Shown: positions 20,367 through 26,848 of the stretch, one piece after another
Numbering within the stretch: position 1 is the stretch's first letter
Layout: each line of letters begins with the position of its first letter
From: Alkanindiges illinoisensis DSM 15370
GTDB lineage: Bacteria > Pseudomonadota > Gammaproteobacteria > Pseudomonadales > Moraxellaceae
Assembly: GCF_000619845.1 (NCBI RefSeq)
Contig: NZ_JHUX01000003.1
Location: forward strand, 1,090,064-1,122,063
Length of the DNA stretch: 32,000 nucleotides
Direction of reading: 5' to 3'
The notes under the pieces: model-generated
What the model saw: the letters and a program-made list of their open reading frames with translations, nothing else
Told to the model about the DNA's origin: nothing
Databases searched by the model: none
Program-made: the position numbers and the translations under genes

Positions 20367-20512
20367 GAAACGCGGTGCGTTTCGCTTCGCTTGTAACTAT
20401 GAAGCTGATGCGCACAAGTCGCATCAGCTTCTGTAATTAGCTTGTTTTTGGGTTCTTTGGGCGATCAAGTTACTTTCAGACTAGACGGTGCAGTTGCCCG
20501 CTATTCTGAAAG
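20367..20512 (-). promoter_or_regulatory. cluster of three hairpins in the phage non-coding region (candidate packaging signal / origin / terminator)
   Basis: gaaacgc-ggt-gcgtttc (20367-20383); a perfect 12-bp stem gaagctgatgcg/cgcatcagcttc (20401-20431); ctttcaga/tctgaaag (20473-20512). Confidence 0.4.
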
Positions 20513-20523
20513 CCTTGACGCTG

Positions 20524-20649
20524 CTAATCCCTACTATTTTCTTTGACACCTTTAATAATTCTACGAATAGGGTGTTTAATACCGTCCCATATAAAACCAA
20601 ATAAGCATAGACCTATAAGAAACATCAGTGCTTGATAATAACTAGACAT
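20524..20649 (-). CDS. small hydrophobic phage protein (41 aa), not in the ORF track
   Basis: Its ATG at 20649 overlaps the zot stop (ATGTCTAG). The product is MSSYYQALMFLIGLCLFGFIWDGIKHPIRRIIKGVKENSRD: one TM helix plus a basic tail. Confidence 0.5.
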   Translation of the reverse strand: MSSYYQALMFLIGLCLFGFIWDGIKHPIRRIIKGVKENSRD

Positions 20650-21934
20650 TAGGTGTTACCTGTGCTGGTGACTGCACTGGAGCAGCAGGCTGTGACTGTG
20701 CAAGGAACGGGTTAAACGGCATTCCGTCATTGATTACTTTTTTGCAGTCCGCTATAGACACGTCCAGCTTAGATCCTTGTTGCGTGTAACAACTGCATTT
20801 TGTCTTGAGCTGGATGCAACCGGACAGATAAGGCCGGTTAACTCCACCAGCAGAATACTGGTTATCAAAAGGCTTGTTTGGGTCATAATTCACTTCCACA
20901 GTAGGCGTGGAAGTTTGATTTTGCAGTGTGGAAGTCTGTCGCGCTTCCAGATCTGCACGTTGCTCAGGGGTCAGCGGGTCATGCACTTGTGCTGCCTGCT
21001 GTGCTTGTACTGTCTGGCTAGTTTTTGCTGGTTGAGGTTTGCCCCCAGCGACCTCAGTTAAAAAGTTATCTGTCAGGAACAGGGTTTTTAGAGCGTAGGT
21101 AAACGCTAGAACTACACCAATACAGATAAAAATAAACTTGGGTGGGATACGCATTTTATGCGTGTGTACCGTAGCAGACTTATAATATTTATATAAATCC
21201 TTTGGATAGCTAAAGCGAAATGAGCGTTCAGCAATGGCTTTTTTTGTTGGCTCATTAGGCCCAAGAACACAGTAAGCCCAGAGATATACAGTAGCCGATG
21301 GCATCCCCCAGCCACGGTGCAGGTGGAAGTGATTACCCACTACTGAACGGAAGTGAGAATGCACCAGAACCGGAAACTGGGTGATCCCATAAATATCAAA
21401 ACCGCGGTGACGGTGAATCTGTAAGGCTTCTACAATGTCATTGGTTTTGCGTTCTTCCTTGTAGGTTTCACGCTGCTGGATTTCATCATAGAACACGCGT
21501 GAGCCGTCAGGACAAGTACGCCAGTCATCAGGACTAGGCAAAACATTAGGGACTTTCAGGCCGTTGATGTCAGCGTATATGGTGCGGACATCCTTTAAAA
21601 ACTTAAGTTTTAAAGCAGGGTTATAGTCCTTAATACGGGTAATAATTGAGTTGTAAGCCATTGTTTTCTGGTAGTAGAGCTCATGGCGTAATTCAAGGGA
21701 AAGTATAGAAAAATGATCATATTCATCTGGGTATAACTCTATTTGCTCTTTTAAATTCCAGCCATACTGGAATTCATCTTCAAGCTTGTTTTCCCTAATG
21801 ATTTTATCGTTATGGGCAAAAATAGCAGGGTTCAGCTTAATGTTCTTGGCGTTCTCTTTTTCAAACTGGATGATTAAAGAAACCGCGTAAAGGGTTTTTC
21901 CTGAGCCGGGCGTTCCGGTTATCAAATGCAGCAT
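20642..21934 (-). CDS. zot: Zot / pI-like filamentous-phage assembly ATPase
   Basis: N-terminal Walker A GTPGSGKT, a central TM helix (FIFICIGVVLAF), and a Cys-containing periplasmic C-terminal domain. Its position after the pVI-like gene matches Ff and CTXphi. Confidence 0.92.
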   Translation of the reverse strand: MLHLITGTPGSGKTLYAVSLIIQFEKENAKNIKLNPAIFAHNDKIIRENKLEDEFQYGWNLKEQIELYPDEYDHFSILSLELRHELYYQKTMAYNSIITRIKDYNPALKLKFLKDVRTIYADINGLKVPNVLPSPDDWRTCPDGSRVFYDEIQQRETYKEERKTNDIVEALQIHRHRGFDIYGITQFPVLVHSHFRSVVGNHFHLHRGWGMPSATVYLWAYCVLGPNEPTKKAIAERSFRFSYPKDLYKYYKSATVHTHKMRIPPKFIFICIGVVLAFTYALKTLFLTDNFLTEVAGGKPQPAKTSQTVQAQQAAQVHDPLTPEQRADLEARQTSTLQNQTSTPTVEVNYDPNKPFDNQYSAGGVNRPYLSGCIQLKTKCSCYTQQGSKLDVSIADCKKVINDGMPFNPFLAQSQPAAPVQSPAQVTPNV

Positions 21935-22011
21935 GGGTTACTCCGAAGCTACCCTGCGGGCGGGTCACCGTGCGCTCCGTGCAGTTGCGCGGTGCGCCGT
22001 GCAATCCGTCC
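21935..22011 (-). other. GC-rich 77-bp spacer with three GCACGG repeats
   Basis: On the minus strand it reads ggacggattGCACGGcgcaccgcgcaactGCACGGagcGCACGGtgacccgcccgcagggtagcttcggagtaaccc, immediately before the zot ATG. Its composition is unlike the flanking phage DNA. Confidence 0.5.
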
Positions 22012-22299
22012 TCAGGTAGCTTTTCGCAATGTTAGCTTTGATGCGTTTAACGCCATTCGGGTCAAATACGCAGATAAAATAAGCGACATATAGAGATCAA
22101 GGCCAAGCAAGTGTGCAAAGGCCAATACGTCACTTGGTACACCACCTAGCATCGACTTCATTTTGTCAACGGCAGCCGTGAAGGTGGTCATGAATATGGC
22201 TGATGAGGTAAGCATGACACCCGCACCAGTTAGGACATTTTTTAAGAATCCCTTTTGACTGGATTCAACAACAGCAGTTACTTTTGACCAGAAACCCAT
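22012..22299 (-). CDS. pVI / Ace-like minor coat protein
   Basis: 95-aa hydrophobic protein. Its ATG at 22299 overlaps the upstream stop (TAATG). It lies between the pIII-like gene and zot. The track start at 22395 is upstream and overlaps the pIII-like gene. Confidence 0.6.
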   Translation of the reverse strand: MGFWSKVTAVVESSQKGFLKNVLTGAGVMLTSSAIFMTTFTAAVDKMKSMLGGVPSDVLAFAHLLGLDLYMSLILSAYLTRMALNASKLTLRKAT

Positions 22300-23714
22300 T
22301 AACTTTCTTCCTCTGTACGTCCAGCTACGATCATAGAAGCCTGATAAGCACCAATGAGTAAAATTGCTGGTTTTGCATAAGCAAAAGCCTGACACCAGCC
22401 GGAAAGATCAAACTCAAAGGTCTGGGTTTGACCTATAAAATTAAAGCTGAAGGTTTTTGGCTGGGGACATGTTCCGCCAAAATCCAACTGGATGGCTTGA
22501 GGTGTTTCTGTCGTAGGAATATCAATATCAGTATCACTATCATCACGCTCAGGAACTTCTTCCTTGATTGCATCAGCAAGCTCGCGTGTGGCCGTTGCTG
22601 TTTTCGTTGTTTCAGCAAGCTGTTTTTCTGCATCAGTATGGGCTTGAGTAGTTCCAGCAGTTACAGCCTTTTTGGTTTCCTCTGTCTGTGTTGCAGTGGT
22701 TTGAGTCGCTGTTTTCACTGATTCTGTGTCAGTTGCTATACGGGTAGAGTTAGTAGCAACTTTTCCTGAATTGGTATTACTAATATTCATTGCGTCACAA
22801 ATGAAAGCAGCCCATGAGCAAAAGCCGGGCAATGTGAATTTTTCTATAGGCGGTGCATCTGGATCAGCAGTATTAGGCTTTGTTTCTTTGGTGATATCGT
22901 TGTCACCTTCTTTAGGCTCTACACCAGCATTTGCATCTAGCTGTTGAGGTACAGAGGGATATGCAAGAGGTTTACCTTGTTCAGCGTCAGCTAGATCAGC
23001 CGCAACTGTTTCTTTTACAAAGTCATTTGCAGCAGCGTCACCAGCAGCGGCATTTTTTGCTATTTCAGCGCCAACAACATCGTACGGTAAGTATTTTTCT
23101 TCAGGTTTAATGTCGGGGTCATAATTTGGGTTTACGACACGGTTAGCTTGGTCGTATCCCCAAGCACTACGGCATTCAACGGTTTGACCATTATCTGTTG
23201 CAACCATTTCGGTGATAGGAGGATGTCCTTCAACAGCAGCAACAGCAGCATTACACGCTTCCCCAAATGTAGAATAAGTCTTTGTTGTGCCAGCAATAGA
23301 AATCTGCCATAAATATTGAGAATTATTAACAGGTGTTTCCCAATATTTAACACGATTATTTGCAGGATCAAGTACCCAAGAAACACCATCGAGAAGTAAA
23401 TCAATTGCAGTCGTTACAGCTAGTACAGCACCGAAACGACCTATGCCACGCGCCAGATCAGCAGGTGCTGGAGTAACTTTTGCAAATGAATTAACCGTAC
23501 GAGAAGCACCATTAATGATTGCTTCTTTGGTTGCATTGATTGTTGCTACACCAGCCTCAGCAGCTATAGAACCTACAGACCAGCCACCCAAACCAGAAGC
23601 AGCATTTGCAAATACATAAGCTGGAGCAAACATCATGTAAACACAGATGATTAGATTAATTATCTTCGTGTGATAATCAGGAATGCTAGAACGGTTACAA
23701 TTAAAGGTATCCAA
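22299..23714 (-). CDS. pIII-like adsorption / minor coat protein
   Basis: 471 aa with a signal peptide (...MMFAPAYVFANA), a Thr/Ala/Gln-rich linker, and a C-terminal membrane anchor (AILLIGAYQASMIVAGRTEEES). It lies after the coat gene. The start (TTG at 23714) is uncertain. Confidence 0.65.
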   Translation of the reverse strand: MDTFNCNRSSIPDYHTKIINLIICVYMMFAPAYVFANAASGLGGWSVGSIAAEAGVATINATKEAIINGASRTVNSFAKVTPAPADLARGIGRFGAVLAVTTAIDLLLDGVSWVLDPANNRVKYWETPVNNSQYLWQISIAGTTKTYSTFGEACNAAVAAVEGHPPITEMVATDNGQTVECRSAWGYDQANRVVNPNYDPDIKPEEKYLPYDVVGAEIAKNAAAGDAAANDFVKETVAADLADAEQGKPLAYPSVPQQLDANAGVEPKEGDNDITKETKPNTADPDAPPIEKFTLPGFCSWAAFICDAMNISNTNSGKVATNSTRIATDTESVKTATQTTATQTEETKKAVTAGTTQAHTDAEKQLAETTKTATATRELADAIKEEVPERDDSDTDIDIPTTETPQAIQLDFGGTCPQPKTFSFNFIGQTQTFEFDLSGWCQAFAYAKPAILLIGAYQASMIVAGRTEEES

Positions 23715-23740
23715 TTTATCCAGCTCGCTTCGTCAGTCAT
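23660..23740 (-). CDS. possible 26-aa coat-like peptide (pVII/pIX-style), not in the ORF track
   Basis: MTDEASWINWIPLIVTVLAFLIITRR has an acidic N-terminus, a hydrophobic core and a basic C-terminus. It overlaps the pIII-like 5' end in another frame. The SD is weak. Confidence 0.3.
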   Translation of the reverse strand: MTDEASWINWIPLIVTVLAFLIITRR

Positions 23741-23754
23741 TTAGTTAATCCCAA

Positions 23755-23783
23755 TAGAAGAAAGCCCCGAAGGGCTTTCGTTT
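23755..23783 (-). terminator. hairpin terminator immediately after the major coat gene
   Basis: gaaagccc-cgaa-gggctttc, 5 nt after the coat stop, followed on the minus strand by a T-rich tract. Ff phages have a terminator after gene VIII. Confidence 0.6.
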
Positions 23784-24032
23784 TTACTTGGCACCCTTTT
23801 TGAACCATGACCATGCGAGGTACATGCCCAGTAAACCAACCAGAACAATAATGACTCCCTTAACAGCAGTTTTAGTGCCGTCAAGCTCACCAGTTGCCCC
23901 AGAGAAGTCCAGTTCAGCAGCAGCAAAAGAATTAGCTGCTACAAGCGCAGTTGAAGCCCCTACAGCACCTACGAATGCTGCATCCTTAAGACGTTTAACC
24001 AGTGGTTGGGTTTGTGGAGTTACATCTTTCAT
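23784..24032 (-). CDS. major coat protein (pVIII-like)
   Basis: The leader ends ...AANSFA|AAELDF. The mature peptide of about 45 aa has an acidic N-terminus, a hydrophobic core (VIIVLVGLLGMYLAW) and a basic C-terminus (FKKGAK). AAGGA is upstream. Confidence 0.85.
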   Translation of the reverse strand: MKDVTPQTQPLVKRLKDAAFVGAVGASTALVAANSFAAAELDFSGATGELDGTKTAVKGVIIVLVGLLGMYLAWSWFKKGAK

Positions 24033-24054
24033 TTTTTACATCCTTAAGTTGTGT

Positions 24055-24252
24055 TCAGGTGTTTTTATCCATGAACTGTTTAAAAAGCTGGTAGCAGTAA
24101 GCCATTATTAAAATCGTGCAGATTTCAACAGTAAGCTCACGTGCTTGAGCTTTCGTGATTGCGACCTGGTCAAGTACAGTGACTTGCTCAGACCATGAAA
24201 CACACGTCTGTGGCGTTGTGTCAGATAGCTGGTCACAGACGTAGTGCGTCAT
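24055..24252 (-). CDS. small phage protein (65 aa)
   Basis: Tightly packed: it starts 3 nt after the previous stop. It has one hydrophobic segment (ICTILIMAYCYQLF). Function unknown. Confidence 0.5.
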   Translation of the reverse strand: MTHYVCDQLSDTTPQTCVSWSEQVTVLDQVAITKAQARELTVEICTILIMAYCYQLFKQFMDKNT

Positions 24253-24255
24253 TCT

Positions 24256-24396
24256 TTAAAATCCGGTGCAGGTCATGTAATGGGCAGTAATCAGGCTTTT
24301 AGACATGACTTGACCGCAGCAAATACATTTAACTTTTGGTACGAGTGATATGCTCATTGGCTTAAATCCCAGTCCTTTTACATAAACCTGAATCAT
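24256..24396 (-). CDS. small Cys-rich phage protein (46 aa), not in the ORF track
   Basis: Its ATG is 2 nt after the stop of the ssDNA-binding-like gene. The product is MIQVYVKGLGFKPMSISLVPKVKCICCGQVMSKSLITAHYMTCTGF, with a C-x-CC...H...C pattern. Confidence 0.5.
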   Translation of the reverse strand: MIQVYVKGLGFKPMSISLVPKVKCICCGQVMSKSLITAHYMTCTGF

Positions 24397-24398
24397 GG

Positions 24399-24704
24399 TT
24401 AAGCCTTAGCAGCTTGTGGCGCTAGAACAGGCTTTAGGTCAATCAAAATGGTTTTTTGGCTTTTGCCATTGGTGACCATTTCAAACGTGGCCACCGCTTC
24501 GAACGGAAACTTGAGTGTTGCCACTTTGTTGAAGTTGTCAGACAGCCCCCATGGGTATTCAGAGCCAGCGAAGCCCACAGCATCGCCTTTGCTGGTGTCC
24601 ATGCCTGTTTGCACGTAAACCTTTGTGCTGTCGTATGGCTTTCCTTCCATTTCGCCTTTGCTACGCTTCGCACCAGTTACTACTACGTTAGATTGAAATT
24701 GCAT
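24399..24704 (-). CDS. probable ssDNA-binding protein (pV/RstB position)
   Basis: 101-aa ORF directly after Rep, with GAGGT as SD. The call is by position only; I recognise no diagnostic motif. Confidence 0.5.
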   Translation of the reverse strand: MQFQSNVVVTGAKRSKGEMEGKPYDSTKVYVQTGMDTSKGDAVGFAGSEYPWGLSDNFNKVATLKFPFEAVATFEMVTNGKSQKTILIDLKPVLAPQAAKA

Positions 24705-24714
24705 GTTTTTTACC

Positions 24715-25995
24715 TCAAGAATAAACAGCGTTAAATTGGGAGCGCTGAACAGCCTGACTCAAGCGTGTATAGCCATAAGCCTGTTCAAACTGTTTGTTAC
24801 GTTCCATTGAAATTGCAAGATGATCAATAATTTGCAGACGCTTAGGTACTGCGTCAGGGTCATTAGCAGTCACAAACTGCATAATTTCTGAATCGGAATA
24901 AACCTTGCGGAAAAGGGCAAAGTATTTGCCGAATTGATGTTTGATAATTTCCTTAGCCCGCTTCTGGGTGATTTCAGCTGTTTTTTTAACAGTGGCTATT
25001 TTTTCAGGCGTGGCGTACTGGTGAAAATCCGAAAAACAAGGATAAGCACCAATAAAATATTGAGAAGGACTAAGCAAAATATCAAATGGTATAAAGCGGT
25101 CATGGCCTTTAAATTCAACCTCTGCACGTGTCCAAGGATCATCCTTAGCACCCTCTTTTTTACCTTTTTCATAAATCCGGCAATATTTTCCAGATTCACG
25201 AGTGCCAATGGTTAGCGTCCGGCCTTTGCCTGTAATGCGTTTCCAGTTGCCCAAGTGTCCAATGTTAGGCATGGTGCCACCGCACCAGAAGCCGCCTAAG
25301 CCGTCTTGCATGTTTGCCCAGTCAACATTTAAGTGTTTGCCCTGCAAATCATCATGTGCAAGGTCTACACGGGTCAGCTTGGTACGCTGGGCATATCCGG
25401 TCAGGTATTTATAAAGGCGTTCATGCCATCCTTTAGCTGCTAAAGCACAGCCTTTGCCGTTAAGCTGGACTGCAATGCGTTTAGAGCTATGACCCATTAA
25501 GACTATGCCTAGGTTGTCTTGCAGCTCCCAAGAGTACTTATAGAAGTGCATACCCTTGTCACGTTTTTTTGCGATGCCAAAACCGAAGATTTCAAACAGG
25601 TCTTGGTCTAAATCGTCGGCAATGTCGTCGTAGGCGTCAGCATCATCTAGGCCTAGTGCTAAATATTTAGGGCTAAAGGTTTCAACACCTAGCGCAAATG
25701 TTACCCAGTCCAGTTGAGCAACTTCGCCAGTACAAGGCACGCTATGGATGATTGGCAGGTCTGTACCATCTTCAGTTTTGACCATGCGGACGTTGTCCAG
25801 CTTGCGTGGATACTTCCAGTTGCCTAGGTCTGCTGTTTTCCCGAAAATTTCCGGCTGGTTGCCTTCCACTATCGCAGGGATTAAGGCCTCTTGCGTCCCC
25901 TGTGGTGATACCGTTACCCCCATATTATAAAAGGGGGTCTTTTCGACCTTTACCGTGTGTTTTAACTGGGTTTTGATTAATTTTTGATCAGACAT
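24715..25995 (-). CDS. rolling-circle replication initiator (Rep_trans / RstA-like)
   Basis: LTRVDLAHDD and GKYCRIYEKGKKEG...WTRAEVEF blocks are typical of the Rep_trans family used by CTXphi-type phages. The ATG at 25995 overlaps the upstream ORF stop (ATGTCTGA). Confidence 0.85.
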   Translation of the reverse strand: MSDQKLIKTQLKHTVKVEKTPFYNMGVTVSPQGTQEALIPAIVEGNQPEIFGKTADLGNWKYPRKLDNVRMVKTEDGTDLPIIHSVPCTGEVAQLDWVTFALGVETFSPKYLALGLDDADAYDDIADDLDQDLFEIFGFGIAKKRDKGMHFYKYSWELQDNLGIVLMGHSSKRIAVQLNGKGCALAAKGWHERLYKYLTGYAQRTKLTRVDLAHDDLQGKHLNVDWANMQDGLGGFWCGGTMPNIGHLGNWKRITGKGRTLTIGTRESGKYCRIYEKGKKEGAKDDPWTRAEVEFKGHDRFIPFDILLSPSQYFIGAYPCFSDFHQYATPEKIATVKKTAEITQKRAKEIIKHQFGKYFALFRKVYSDSEIMQFVTANDPDAVPKRLQIIDHLAISMERNKQFEQAYGYTRLSQAVQRSQFNAVYS

Positions 25996-26254
25996 GATCA
26001 TCCCCCAATTGTTCCAGAATTTCACTCAGGGAAGCATTTTCACTTTCAAAAATGTCAGCAAGTGCAGCGATGCGAGCTGGTGAGTAGCCCCAAGCCGCAC
26101 AAACTGTTTCAAGCTGGCGCAGGCAATGTTCAGTATTTGGTGTGCATGAGCCGCCTACAATGATTTCTTCGCCATAATTCGCTACTATCTGTGCGACATG
26201 ATCAAATGCAGCTTGAGCAAACTCATGCTGATCTTTATAGACAAACGTTTGCAT
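25988..26254 (-). CDS. hypothetical acidic phage protein (88-91 aa)
   Basis: Its stop overlaps the Rep start. I found no SD before either candidate start (ATG at 26254, GTG at 26263). Confidence 0.45.
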   Translation of the reverse strand: MQTFVYKDQHEFAQAAFDHVAQIVANYGEEIIVGGSCTPNTEHCLRQLETVCAAWGYSPARIAALADIFESENASLSEILEQLGDDHV

Positions 26255-26277
26255 GGCGTTCACCAGAGAGAGAAAAA

Positions 26278-26739
26278 ATGGAAATCTTGATAATCATTGC
26301 TGTTGTAGTTATTGCAGCCTTAGCTTTTTTAGGAGCAGCTAATAAAAGCAAATCTACTAAAGGTAAAAACCAAACACCCATTAAGGCTAAGCGCGTTTTA
26401 ACCATGAATGAGCAGCCAACATTCAACAGATTACGAGAAGCACTACCTGACCATATAGTTTTAGCCCAAGTTTCATTTGGTGCATTATTAAGTACAACCG
26501 GACAAGCAACACGTAATCGCTTTAATCGAAAAATTGCAGATTTTGTTGTACTGGATAAATCTTTTAACGTGGTTGCAGTTGTCGAACTGGACGACAAGAG
26601 CCACAAAGGAAAAGAACAGCAAGATGCAGAACGGGATGCAATGCTTAAGGAAGCTGGATATCGTGTCATTCGATATCCGAGAACTCCTGATCTAGATAAA
26701 GTCAAAGCTGACTTTGCACCACCCATAAACACACCTTGA
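26278..26739 (+). CDS. membrane-anchored DUF2726 / PD-(D/E)xK nuclease-like protein (copy B, prophage cargo)
   Basis: 153 aa with an N-terminal TM helix (EILIIIAVVVIAALAFLG), a Lys-rich stretch, and ADFVVLD...VVELDDKSHKG...GYRVIRY. It is on the strand opposite to the phage structural operon. Confidence 0.8.
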   Translation: MEILIIIAVVVIAALAFLGAANKSKSTKGKNQTPIKAKRVLTMNEQPTFNRLREALPDHIVLAQVSFGALLSTTGQATRNRFNRKIADFVVLDKSFNVVAVVELDDKSHKGKEQQDAERDAMLKEAGYRVIRYPRTPDLDKVKADFAPPINTP

Positions 26740-26790
26740 TATTTCGCTAAATCGGCTTAACATAATTGTGAAGTCGGATTAACTAAATCT

Positions 26791-26830
26791 AACCAAATTT
26801 GTGAAGAAAGGTTACTTCACAAATTTGGTT
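26791..26830. promoter_or_regulatory. 16-bp perfect inverted repeat, candidate operator upstream of the HTH gene
   Basis: aaccaaatttgtgaag-N8-cttcacaaatttggtt ends 18 nt before the HTH ATG. A third TTGTGAAG copy is at 26766-26773. Confidence 0.55.
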
Positions 26831-26848
26831 ATCGTCAAGGTGTGCGAA

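Noticed and set aside
26235-26732. 165-aa minus-strand ORF antisense to DUF2726 copy B
   Set aside because: The translation is Ser/Thr/Ala-rich and low-complexity, typical of the antisense of a real gene. The sense strand has clear family motifs and a paralog.
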